From Bilabrum cf. latius (Eukaryota): a DNA stretch of 64,000 bases. The stretch lies in the NCBI GenBank assembly GCA_965178125.1, contig OZ237773.1, positions 186,001-250,000 on the forward strand, given 5' to 3'. Both the position numbers and the translations under genes were made by a program. Shown here in pieces: positions 14,462-26,159 of this stretch. How positions within the stretch are numbered: position 1 is the stretch's first letter; every line of letters begins with the position of its first letter. The notes under the pieces were generated by a model, which saw only the letters and a list, made by a program, of their open reading frames with translations, searched no databases and was not told the origin of the DNA.

Positions 14462-15485
14462 CCTGATAATGACTAGTGCCGATTGGCATTCAAGGCTTTG
14501 CCTGCATGCAGCCCCTTTGCTGTTTTCGACACTTCAGTTGAAAGTCCTCTTGAAGCCATCAGTCTCGGTCTGGGCATACGACGCACGGCTTAGACCCTGC
14601 TCACTGCGAGGCAGTGCAAGCATTCTGGGGCTTAAGCAAAGACGCTCGGCGATGCGGGCTGCTACGGGGCTTGCCGGCTGCGTCTGGTGCTAGAACCCCT
14701 CGCCGGTGACGACAAGGCGGAGTGGGTCACCCTGGACGTGGAAGGGCCACATCATGCGCGTGGTACCTTCCGAGTATCTTCAGCTCTGGCCCTACGCGAC
14801 CTGATCGACATGGTGGGTGCCGATATGGGCATGGTAGACCCGTGCAAGCTTGTCGAGAGCGGGCCGAAGCCCCGAGACCTGCAACCTAGCTCGGAGACTC
14901 TGGCCGAGGCAGGCCTCGCAGGACGTGGCACAAGCCAGCTCCAGCTGCGTGTTATGCCGCGTTAGCAAGTGCTACACATAGTTCCTCTAGGGGGCGGGAC
15001 AATCAACATTTATGATATGGATTGGTCGGACACCATAGAGTAGCTGAAGCAGAGGATCAAGGACAAGGCGGGCATCCCCGTGGAGCAGCAGCGCCTTATC
15101 TTCAGTGGAAGTTAGCTGGAGGAAAAAGCCGCACGCTGGCGGACTACAACATTCAACGGGAGAGCGTTATACACCTCATTGTTAGGCTGAGGGGCGGGAT
15201 GATGCACCCCTCTTCTTGTTGGGTTGGCCTGCGTGCAGACATCCGGGAGAAGTTCGCCATTCCTGAGAGCGGCACAAATGCATGGAACTGCCTACAAGCA
15301 CAATTGCGAAGGCGTGGCGGGCCCAGCTGGAGGACGAGCCTGTCTTTGCCAACGTCCAACTGCCTGGTAGGAAGGACCTGGTGCGGGTGGAAGTTGAGTC
15401 CGGTATGACGCTGGAGCAGCTGAGGGACGCGGCTGAGGAGATTGCGGCTGCAGAGGATAAAGAGGATGAGGCGGACGGGTTGTAA
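14462..15485 (+). pseudogene. Tandem ubiquitin-like domain protein, frameshifted (pseudogene or assembly indels)
   Basis: SDTIE[TAG][23 protein letters not shown][TAG]LEE, then a frameshift in the A5 run (~15123) into [24 protein letters not shown]. Upstream degenerate UBL motifs KTLGDAG and ETLAEAG. Second frameshift ~15270; in-frame TAA at 14633. 5' boundary uncertain. Confidence 0.7.
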
Positions 15486-16053
15486 AATTGTAGCAATGAT
15501 AATGATTATGAGCTTTTCCCAAGAATAGCACTTGAGATTCTAAATTTGGGGGCGGCGGCAGCAATGGTTTGAAAAGAGGGAACAGGGTGCCAGCAACGGC
15601 CCAATGGGTACCAGAAGGTCCCCATTGGACCGGCCAGTGCGGGCTAGCCAGGGGGTTGCAGCAAACAAGCTACTCCTTAGGATGATGGGTGTTGGTGAGA
15701 AACCACCGCCACCTAGGCCTGGCATCCGGAATCCAAATCCACTGATCCGGATGTAGGCCTAGATAGGCCTAGATCTAGTGCGCAATGCGCATGCCACCTA
15801 CGTAGCCCTACCAGAAGCATCTCTAGGGATCCAGGGAATTTTATGGTCCATCCAAATGATCTTGGGAGATCATTGACTTGACCTTAAGTAAAATCTTTAG
15901 ACCCCCACGCTAAAAGCTAAGGACTGCATGGAATTGCAATCAAGGCCTCAAGCATCCAAGATTAGGACTCCTGAGTTAGGAAGCCACCCGGAAGACTGCT
16001 TGCTGCACCCCGGTTTCAACACATCCTTTGCTCGGCCGCTCGAATGATGCGGA

Positions 16054-19000
16054 TCAATCCACCGCCACTGTAGCTGCCTCCCGGAAGAACATCAGCCTCT
16101 CCCTTCGTACGTACCCCTCCACTGCCTCCACCTGCTTCCAGCGCTAGCTGAAGCTTGAACCCTCCATGGCACGAGCCAACTCCCGCATGCGATCGAACAC
16201 GCCTTTGGCCACGAATGCCTCGCGCATCATCCTGTCGAAGGACATGCTGAGGAACAAGGCGCTCGTCGAGTATGGGTCCTTCTTCCATTTGGTGACCACG
16301 GGCCCGCCCCGGCCGTCCCACATGACCCGTCGCCTAGTGAGCCTCATTCCCTCCGCCAGCTCGGCCGCCACCATGGTCAACGCCTGGTCCTCGTCCTCGC
16401 CTGCCCGGCACCCGGCAAGCCCGCCCGACTTTGTCCGCCGGAGGCACCGCGCGAGATACTGCGCCACCCCAGCGACGAGCATCATGAAGATCTTCTCGGA
16501 CAGATAAGGCATCCTCGTTGTCGTGGACAGGCACACAATCGTGGGGAATCGCACCAGCCGACCCGCTCTGCGGAAGCTCAGCCCGTCCGACTGCACCTGC
16601 TGCCAGCGGATCGCAGTGTAGACCTGATGCCCGATGGCAGGGTACAGCAACTGCCCAACGCGGCCTGCTTCTGACACAAATTTAGCATCTCTTTTGGAGA
16701 CGAGCGGCTTGGCTGATGCCGCAACCGCAGCCGGTGATGTGCCCGCGGCTGCAACAGCAGCAGCAGCAGCAGCAGCCCCAGAGGCCCTGCCCCTCTTGCC
16801 TCGCTTTCCCTTCCTCCTCTTCGCCTTGCTACTGCTGGGGGTGGTAGCAGTAGCAGCCGCGTTGCCCTTGATTGAGGCAGCCAGCGGCGTGGTACCGGCT
16901 GTTACCGCCTTGTCACCGTCCTCTGATGGGTCATGACCGGCTGCCACATCGCGAGCGTACTTCACGAGACTGTCCTGCTCGGCCCGTATGCTGACCAATG
17001 CACCGAGCCATTCCTGCACCAGCGGCACAGGCACAGGATGACCGTCATCCGCCGGTTGTGCGATGCAGATGGCGTCTTTTGTGCTGAGGCCGCGCATCTG
17101 CAGCACTATCTCCTGTGGAGCAACGATAGGCGTGCCCATCGCCACGTGCCTGTCGCTGACGAGGGTTGCGGCCTGACGAGTGCCGTTCTCGCCGAGAAAC
17201 GCGCCTGATCCGATGCCTCGAGAGAGTGCCAGGACCGCCGCACCCACCTGTTTCATCATCTTGGTGGTCCTGCGTCGAGGGACGACAACGGTCGCGCGCA
17301 GCATCCTGGGATGCTTCTGTAGGGCATCGGCCAGGTCGGGCAAGCCGCTGAGATCGGGAGCACCTTTGTTGTTGAAGCTCAAGTCGATCTTGTTCATGAA
17401 TCGCATGGACCAGTTGCTGCGCACACCCTCGGCAAGGTGCTCGATGAATGCCCGCGCGTCGGCCGACTGCAGCCCCAGCGTGTTGGTCTCGAGCGTTTCC
17501 AGATTTGCGGATTTCTTGAGGCTCGCTGCCAGCTGCTCAACCCCCTTTGTTCCCTGAGGATACCACGTGAAGTGCTGAAGTGGGCCGCATTCTCCCACCC
17601 CTTCGCACAGCAGCGCGGCAGCTTCGTCAAGCTTGGCTCTGTCCCTGGGGCTGATGTCGTGATAGACCACCGACGGGCGCGCGATGGCCATGCCCGGGCC
17701 CTGACCGCCGACTTGCCTGGGCAGCATTGCAACGCAGGCAAGCTTCGTGACGGACACGTCGCCTGTAAGGAGCGCTCGGCCAACGGCTTTGGCCACCTCA
17801 GGGTGGCAGGGACACTCCATGGCGAAGCTCTCCAGGTCGCACGACTGGGAGGACAGCAGCAGCCGCTCTATGGGCCCTGCGCATGCCGGCAGGACATACT
17901 GCTTCAGGTGCAACCTGTCTGCAAGATACGCTCGGATCGTCACTTCGCAAAGCCCCTTCCTCCCTGATACTGAATCGATCAGTTGGGGCAGCTGGTAGTT
18001 GAAGGGGGACAGCAGCACGTGCCGAGCCACTGACCCTGCCAGCGCCTGGGCCACTGGGTCAGTCCAGCAAGGCGGTCTATGGCTGCCATCCGAGGATGCT
18101 GCAGCGGGGTATGAAGCGCTGCGATCTCCGTCTTCCACGCTGCCCTATGTGACGAGTGCAGCAGCTCCTACGCTGGCCTTGGCAGCAGCAGGGCCAGGCC
18201 TCGCCCAGTCCGTGGGTGACTCCGTGCCGGCACCAGATGCCCCACCGTCAGTGGAAAGGTCCTCTTTGCTGTACACGGGCCAGCTCTTGCGAGCGTGAAC
18301 GCAGGAAATGTCGACCTTGAGCTCGCCGCTGGGCTGGAACAACCGGATGAGCTCGGCAGCGAATGCCCTGCTCCCGGGGCCTTGCTCCCTACCGGCGATC
18401 TGCAGCGCATTGACGCCCTGCGGTGCCTCCTCTATGTCCAATTTCATGTCGTGGACCTGTCCGATCCAGTTGAAAGAGTCCATGTTGGTGCCCTGCTCAA
18501 GCGCCCGCAGGACCGTTTTGATGCACGGGTGCACCAGCTCCGGCGGCGGGCTGTCGATGAGCAGCGTGGACAGCTTGGGCAGTGTGACGAGTGCTTTGAG
18601 CAGGTGCCTGCACATGGCCTCTGCGATGCCAGTCGTCATCGGAGATTTCGGCTCGTCGCTGCTGGGGTTCGGCTCGGCGTAACCGATGGAGATCACAAGC
18701 AGCGGCACAGCGGCGTCTGCCATCCGGCTCAGTATGAGGCCGATCTCCCGGGTCTCGATGCACTGGCCGTGGATTCGAAACCTTTGGAGGCGCTTCATTT
18801 TGTGGAAGGCGGGAAGCAGCCGAAGAGCCGCCGCTCGCTCGAATTTCGCATCCGCCATTTCGAGCTGCATGATGTCGTCTGCCTCCTGCTCCATCGCTCG
18901 GCGCAGCAGATCGGTAGCGGTTCGATTCCACGCACCGATTGTATCGATACCTGCATATATCGATCCGTCCTCTGTCTGGACGGGGGCAATCTGTGCTATG

Positions 19001-19104
19001 GCGGCCCGCGAAAAGTTCACGGTGGTGGGGCGGCCTTGCATAGCTTTTGCCACGGCCATGCGCACCTACTCCAGCACTGCGGCTTCACGAGGAGAAAATG
19101 CCAT
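16054..19104 (-). CDS. RNI/leucine-rich-repeat-like protein (~1016 aa)
   Basis: ATG at 19104, TAG at 19066, 18145 and 16144, TGA at 16054. LRR-like segments LQRFRIHG, LSTLLID, NLETLETN, IDLSFNN. Confidence 0.65.
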
Positions 19105-19386
19105 TAGTCTGCTATAATGTATATTCGGTTTACGGTGTTCGGTGTATGGAGCATGCCTGTCCAGACGTTAGTATTTCAAATTTGCTTCGAGAAAGTTCGT
19201 CTGTTGCCGTTGGGCTTTCCTGAAGCTACCGGGTATTGATAGCGAACCGTATTGCTTCAGTTGGTACATATTGTACACTCAAAACTCAATCAGTGATACG
19301 CTTGCCCATTCTTGCTGCTGTTCTTGCTCGCTTTCGGCAGTTGCAGTTAGTGATTTTCTGCGAACTCCAAAAAGATCGCTGTGGCC

Positions 19387-20598
19387 ATGCTTCGGCCCAT
19401 GTGGGGGGCGGCTGCTTGTATTGCAATATTACTGTATAGTCAAGTGGGCGCTGCTACTCCTCGGCTTGGTGCGATTCGCTGGGATGCTTGGATCGGTCGG
19501 AACACAACGGTTGGTCTTGCGGTGACGGAGGAGCTGGATCCGTAGAGGTGGCACTACCGGCTGCCATTCTTTGGAGCTATAATCGGGCCCAATAACGTAA
19601 CAGTAAATGGATCGTCATCGGCTGTTATGCACCAAGAGCTGCAGTACGCTCGCCAGTTCGGTATCGATTGGTGGGCCTTCGTGACGTACCCATCCGACGA
19701 CCCCATGACAGGAATCTTGGACAACTACCTAAATATCAGCAATCCAGGCGTGAACATGGCTCTGATAGTCGAAGCTGGCCGACTCGGGACGGAAATCCCG
19801 ATCGATCGCATCATCTAGTACATGCGGCGTCCTAGGTACGAAGCCATTCAGGTAGATAATGGGAACCCGCGCCCAGTATTTATCATTTTGTCTCCAACAG
19901 AATCGCTCGCCCCGGTGGTGAAGCAACTGCGTGCTGCTGCGGCGGCAGCAAGCCTCGGAAACCCATACGTCGTTGTCATGTCTGGGCACGGCGTGGGCGC
20001 TCAGGAAAACATGCGGGTGCAGATCGGAGCCGATGGGCTGGGGCGGTACATGTACCTGAGCCAGCAATGGGCGGACAAACCGGGAACGGCGTTCCCATTC
20101 GCGTCAAACGCCGCGGGTGAGCAGGCGTACTGGAAGCAGGTGAGCGCGCTGGGCACTTGCTCGGGCGAGCATCATGCTCGGAGTGAGCACATCCGGAGTC
20201 ACGTGCCATGCGCTGGCTGTCGCCCATATGCACTGCAATCCAATGCATCCATCGGCAAGCTGCTCGCTCCGCTCACCGCGGGGTGGGACCCCAGGCCCAG
20301 GGAGATCCTGCCTGTTCCCTGGGGACAGTCCTTCCCCTCTGGTTGTAAGGGCGACACGCTCTGCTGGGTGGAGGACCCCACCATGCAGGAGCTGGCCAAG
20401 CAAGCGGCATCGGCCGCGTGCTTCCTTCGGTCGAACCCCGAGCAGCCGCAGGTCGCTCTGGTCTCTGCTTGGAACGAGATAGACGAGGGCCACTGGGTGT
20501 TGCCCAGCCTGGCACACGGCACGCAAAAACTCGAGGCGCTGCAGATGGGATTCAGGGCCAGTGACCCGTGCAGCATGGCATGGACGTATGGCACTTGA
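19387..20598 (+). CDS. Secreted glycoside hydrolase-like TIM-barrel protein (GH99/WbsX-like)
   Basis: Signal peptide MLRPMWGAAACIAILLYSQVGA. Motifs GAIRWDAW, WHYRLPFF, QELQYARQFGIDWWAF, GWDPRPR, SAWNEIDEGHW. TAG at 19543 and 19816; TGA. Possible in-frame intron near 20140. Confidence 0.75.
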
Positions 20599-20806
20599 TC
20601 CTGACGCTTGACTACAGTGGTAGAGTTATCACTGTTTGAATTGTTTCGGTCCGGTGCAGGTGTACTCCAATCCAGTCCAGTGGGGATAGTGTCCCACTGG
20701 GGTACTTGAGACAGGCATGCATCACATTGTGGTCGACTCCGAGTAAGTCAGGGCCATAGATTGAACCCCCTGGATACACCACATTGCATTCTGCCGTGTT
20801 TCCTTG

Positions 20807-23800
20807 TCATTCCCAACCTTTGGCTGCAATCGATTCGGCCGATAGCTCAAACTCTCGGTTCAAGCAGGCGGCCATACGCGCCCGGCCTGCCATCCTCCTC
20901 ACCCTGTCCCTTGGATCCTCCGCCCTGGCTTGCCCTTCCTAGCAAGCCCCTGCATCGAGCCCACCCTACCTGAATCCAGGCGTCTCAATGCCTTTGGCCC
21001 CAGTTTGCGACCTGGATTCGCCACCGCTCAGCAGGTACTGAACCAGAGACCTCGCCCATGCCAGCGCAACTGCTTCCGGTGTTTCACAGTCACCACGCCC
21101 CGACAATGCACCGAAGGCCTCGCTGCTTGGCTTGCCACCTTGTCGACCGTGCCCACCGCTCACGGCGTCTTCACCGGCCAGGCTACTAGCCAGGGCGTCT
21201 TCACCGGTCAGGCTACAAGCCAGTGCAGCAGCACTGAGGGGGGCATCCTCGACGGACTCTAGAGCGGAGGGGACATGCAGTGTGACGAGTGAACCGGCGT
21301 TAGTTCCAGGGGCACAGCCATGGCCCGAAGCGGTCCTGTCCGTGCCTGGCACCTGGTGCTCGCTTGGGGATCGGTCCCCTGCAGTACGATGCACCCTGCG
21401 GCGCTTGCTCGCGCGTTGTCTACTCCCTGTGCTACCTCTCACTTCACTCGTCACACCACCTGCGCTAACACTCATCACACCGCACCAGGCTGCGGACATC
21501 AGCCGCAGCAGCGACCGAAGAGGCCACGAGGCCCCGTTGGGACCCCCGCACGTGTAGCAGTGGCCAGCGCGATCCGGCAGGGCGCACTCGTCACACCCCT
21601 ACTCGCAGTGGCCTGCGCGATCCGGCAGGGCGCACTCGTCACACCCCTACTCGCCTCCCCACTTTGGATCCGGACTGGACTCAGGTGAGGAGGCCGAGCT
21701 TGCTGGCGGCAGGTCCCCCGCCGCTGTCTGTTCTCTGCGTCCTGCTGCAGCTTGCCCCGCAGGCTCGGTCGTTGCATCGCTCCTGGTGCCCCCTGGCTGG
21801 GGACTGCCCTCCAGCGGCCGCACCCCCGGCGTAATGCGGTCAGCTGGCAGCAGGTTGCGGAATGCCTCGGCGTGACGAGTGCTTCCCGCGCCGCCCCACT
21901 CGTCACGCCCGGATCGCAGGACCAGGCTGACATTCACGCCCTTCACCTGCATGACACCTGTTTCACTGTGACGAGTGACCCCGGGGCTGCTACCACATCC
22001 CTCCCACCGCTACTCAGAGCTGCACTCGTCACATGTACACAAACACTCATCACACCCATGCAGCCTTGCCAGCGCTCGGAAGAGCAGCACGGCCTCGCTG
22101 CGAGTAGGAAGGGTGACGCCGCCGCCCGGGGGCCGCGTGTCCTGCCCATCCAGAACTGCTTTCCATTTGGTCATGGCACCCGTGGGCTTCCCCCCACTAT
22201 CAGCACTCCCATGATTTGAGCCAAGGCAAGAGAACACCCACTCCAGCGGAACCTCCACCCCCAGCGGCGCCGCGCCGTGGTCGGTACCCAGGCAGAATCC
22301 GTATTCCTCCGCCAGTTCCAGGGAACAACGGCTCCCGTAGTGGATGAACACCTGCGGAACCTCGACCCCGGGTGCATCGCATTCATGTGCACGTTCATGA
22401 AGCGGGCCATCATCTGCACCATCCCCGGTGTCGCTACCACCGGGGCCCGCTTCGGCACTGCTTGCTATGATACCTGCGGCTTTGCCCAGCCCTGCCTGGC
22501 CAGGCCCACAGGCCACCGCATACGCCACCTCGGATTCGGAGCCGGAAAATGCTCCACGGGTCGCTCTGAGCCGCTGACCTACAGTGCGCTGCACCCGCAC
22601 GGCCCCCGAGGTTGCAACCGCAGGATCGGGAGAGTGGTTCAGCATGCCCAGCCAGGGAACAAGGGCCCCGGGATCGCTCTCGTCCAGCCACTGCCAGTCC
22701 CAACCAGACAGACTCGAGATCGAGATCGGGATCGATCCTGCCATTATGTCGGCCGTCTGACTCGGTGATGCAGAGGGAAGCTATTTTGAGGGGCTGGCAC
22801 CCGCCCCCTCCTCCCCGAGGCCAGCGCCTGCTCCGGCACTAGCATGACCCCGCAGCAGTCTGCTCAGCTCGGGCGCAAGCTACGCCTGCGCCGCTAGCGC
22901 ACTCGTCACATGGGCCGCCGCCACCCTCACCCGCGCAGGCCTCGGGAGGACGTCCCCGCCGTGACCAGTGAGCTTGCGGAACCGGGCGCCGCGCCGCTCC
23001 CGCTTTCCCCTGGGTCCCAGCTCCGGGGGCAGGAAGCAAGCCCTGGAGGTCACGATCCCGTGGGCCCAGGCAAAGTCCAGCCAGGCGAGAACCCCGGGTG
23101 CACCTATATGCAATGCATCATCTGCACCAAAAGCAGGCGCAGAAGCAGAACCCCCGCTATGGGCACCCCCTCCTCCCCCTTTCTTTCCCGTTGTTCCCCG
23201 AGCCTGTGTGAGAGCCTCCGCGACTGCCGTTCCAGCAGGCGACATGGCCGCCAGCAGCCACATGCAGCGAACCCTGCCGAACCTTCTCTGAACTGCCCCT
23301 CGCAGCTGCGGGTACCGCAGCAGGTCCCTCGTGTCCTGCTCGCTCCATAGCTCGAGCAATTGCTCCAGATCTCTCGAGGCCTCAGGAGCGGGGTGCTCCT
23401 CCTCTTTGACGCCTGCCCCTGCACCTGCACCTGCACCTACCACCACCGATGCCCCTGCACCTGCACCTGCACCCGCCTCTACCACCACCGATGCCCCTGT
23501 CCCTGAAATTGCACCACCCGGGAGCGGGGCGCGGGGCGGTGCTGTTACTGTGCCTGTTGAAGCAGTCGCTGCAGTGAGAGCCGTGCTGGTAGGCTGGCCC
23601 TCTGCTGCTGCACATGAGTCTGCTTCCATACGGGCTGCTGCTCCAGCACCCGTGCCAGTGGTCTCGCTATACACGCTGGTTGCTGGGAACATTCGCGTGC
23701 CGATCGATGCAGCGTCGATAGCTGTGCTTGTTGTCACCCTGCTACTCCCTCTGGTTTCAGTACCATCCACACGGGAGGTGTAGGCGGTGTCTTGCTCATC

Positions 23801-24256
23801 CACAGCAAGTTTCGTGCTGTCCCGGCTCGGTGCTCCAGTTGCGCCATCGTGCCTTGAGACAGGTGCATTTCGACGAGCAATAATCGGTAAATCATGGTTG
23901 TGTCCTATGCCAGGCAGCTAAGAAATCCACAAATGCCATGGAGACGCCACCCCGCGCGATGCTTCGTGCAGCAGTAGCAGGGCGAGACGCACCGCTCGCG
24001 GCAAGCTGCTAAACTAAGCTTGCTAGGCCGCAACAGAGGCCTATTTTGTAAATCGTGGTTTCCAATCATCATGTGCCAGGCACACATCGAGTGGCACGCA
24101 GACAAGTGCGTCGGCATTTTCCAACGGAGTAGATGCCGACCTTGCAAACCAGCCCATTCCTCTGCCTGTAGTCTGAAACTGTCTTACTCCCAGCTCTTCT
24201 GCACTCCAAATCCCTACAGATTTCGCCCATTTCTAGAAACGCACCTGATCCGCCAT
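20807..24256 (-). CDS. SET-domain protein lysine methyltransferase (Rubisco LSMT/SETD3/4-like) with large low-complexity insertions (~1149 aa)
   Basis: ATG at 24256. Motifs TGRGMG, LALLLLHE..G..SPW, FAWAHGIVTSRA, ALVPWLGMLNHS, QVFIHYG....LAEEYGF. About 12 in-frame TAG; TGA at 20807. Confidence 0.85.
21557..21652. repeat. 48-bp tandem duplication (1 mismatch); each copy carries CACTCGTCACACC
   Basis: 21557-21604 versus 21605-21652. Confidence 0.95.
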
Positions 24257-24450
24257 TTGTGTTGACCGAGCAAGGCCACTCGAAGCAGTGCAGCAAATGC
24301 TTCGAGTGATGTTAGCTGTGATTCCCCTTTATCACCGTTAAACTTAATGAAACAAATCCAAACGCATTATGAACCTATCAATGAATGTTTTAGGCGGAAA
24401 AAACTCCACAATATTCTTTAGTCTGCAGAAGAATCACGATTCACTGTTTT

Positions 24451-24824
24451 ATACAGAAATACAGAAATACATTGTTGGGTAAAGATTCCACAAGCACCCA
24501 GATGCACCGTTGCCCCCGAAGGAGTTCGAGTGATCACCTGAATCCAGAGGAGTCCTCAAACAAGGACTACAAGACCCCCGACCCTTTCAGGCCAAAGGCC
24601 CCCCAATCTCAGCCTACACCGCCGAGTCCCCTTTATTCGCCATCAATGTGGTCCCCCACAAGCCCTCAGCCTGATGCCTTCACATGGAGAAAGCATACAG
24701 GTGCGGAGCATGTGCCCGGCACAAAGCGCGGTCCAGTCCCACATCAGGGTCCCCTGCCGGGACCCACCATTTCCTCCTCCATGACCGTCTCTGCGTCTCA
24801 CGATCCTTCAGAGAGGCTAGCATG
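24451..24824 (-). mobile_element. 5'-truncated non-LTR retroelement-like repeat, copy 1, with (TATTTCTG)n 3' tail and putative TSD TGTTTT
   Basis: ~375 bp near-identical to 39542-39923. The 8-bp tandem tail is at the left end. TGTTTT flanks both ends (24445-24450 and 24823-24828, overlapping the element by 2 nt). Confidence 0.7.
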
Positions 24825-24942
24825 TTTTTCAGGACTTTATTGTAACGTGATGCGTCTGATATAGGTCTTCGTCCAGCGAGGAACTGACGATTGAAACAGA
24901 GCGCGCCATTTCAAAAGAACTCACGAAGCGTAAATTGCTGCC

Positions 24943-25716
24943 ATGCCCCGCCGATCTGCGTCTCGTGGTCGTTCTTCGAAGAAGGAAGATGAGGAGCAGA
25001 AAGTTGCCAAGCGCGATGCAGAGGAGCAGCAGGCTGCAGAGGAGAAGGATGTGGAACTCGTTCCAATCCCATACCCAGTCGTGATGCAGCCGCAGAGCGA
25101 GCCCACCGAGTCCAACCAGAGTTCTGATGTTACCGCAGAGCAGGATAACCTCGGACTGTACGAGTATGAGGAGATGGACACGGTCGGGCGCACAATCCAT
25201 GCAATTACGGATTCGCTCGCTGCTCCTCTATTTCTCGTGTCTGCCCCTCGCGGACGCACCGCCGCTGGGCTGCTTATTGGCACGCACTTGCGTACGACCG
25301 AGGAAAACGCGCCCGCATCTGCCGCTCAGGTATTCAACGTGTCCGTGCTCAACCATGCGCTTGTGGCCGCGGTCTACTTCGCACTGACCTACCTGGTCGC
25401 CAACGTGGAGCAGGTCAAGAGCATCGTGGACAAGGTCACTTGCTGCGAGCAGGTGTACGTGTTGATCACCGCGGCGATCGTGATCGCTGCGCTGCTGCCT
25501 CTGGTGGCGGAGCGCACGGTTGGCGAGCTGGTCACGGGGACGGTCATCCTCAAGGACCTTCCCGTGGTGGACGTGGAGATCTCATTCGAGGAGGATGACG
25601 AGGACGACGATGACTACTACGGGGAGGACGAGGAGGACAACGAAGACGAGGACGACGAGGATGAGGATGGTGGTGACGAGGAGGAGGAGGATGACGAGGA
25701 GGAGATCGACGAGTGA
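24943..25716 (+). CDS. Membrane protein with very acidic C-terminal tail (weak RDD-like TVGELVTGT motif)
   Basis: 257-aa ORF, ATG to TGA, 2-3 hydrophobic helices, strong coding-type codon bias. Confidence 0.75.
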   Translation: MPRRSASRGRSSKKEDEEQKVAKRDAEEQQAAEEKDVELVPIPYPVVMQPQSEPTESNQSSDVTAEQDNLGLYEYEEMDTVGRTIHAITDSLAAPLFLVSAPRGRTAAGLLIGTHLRTTEENAPASAAQVFNVSVLNHALVAAVYFALTYLVANVEQVKSIVDKVTCCEQVYVLITAAIVIAALLPLVAERTVGELVTGTVILKDLPVVDVEISFEEDDEDDDDYYGEDEEDNEDEDDEDEDGGDEEEEDDEEEIDE

Positions 25717-26159
25717 TCGTGCTCACTCAAGCGATGAGGCTGCTGCTCGGTGCCGAGTTCGGCGTAATGCGCGCGGGATATTCTAGCTCTGACCTGTATG
25801 GCAGCATGGTATTAAATGGTTGGCTGTTGTACCATTTAATACTGAGTCCGTGTGGGGCCCCTTTGGGGATCGCCCCGGCATCGGCTGTGTCATGCCACTG
25901 GCAGGGTGTGCTTTCCCCAGGTACCACTCCCTATCTATTGACGATCCCACCCTGACAAAGTCCTTTGAACGGACGCACGAATGTGCTGGCTGCTGAGCCC
26001 GGCCTCATTGCTTTTGCAGAGACAATTTTGTGCAATAGTCAGAAGCGAAAGATGAAGCGATAAACCCACTGGTCCACGACAGCAGCCCACCAATCCCCAG
26101 AACGCTTCACTGTTTTTATTGCGAAAGGCACTGTGTCGTCTTGCTATAAAATCGGCTAA

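Noticed and set aside
21282-22909. CRISPR-like array from the recurring CACTCGTCACAC word
   Set aside because: Repeats are only 10-13 bp, irregularly spaced, in both orientations and inside a eukaryotic CDS; no cas genes
24472-24864. Duplicated plus-strand 130/176-aa ORFs (also 39454-39984) as paralogous genes
   Set aside because: They are the antisense of the repeat's 3' UTR/ORF end; tail polarity indicates the minus strand
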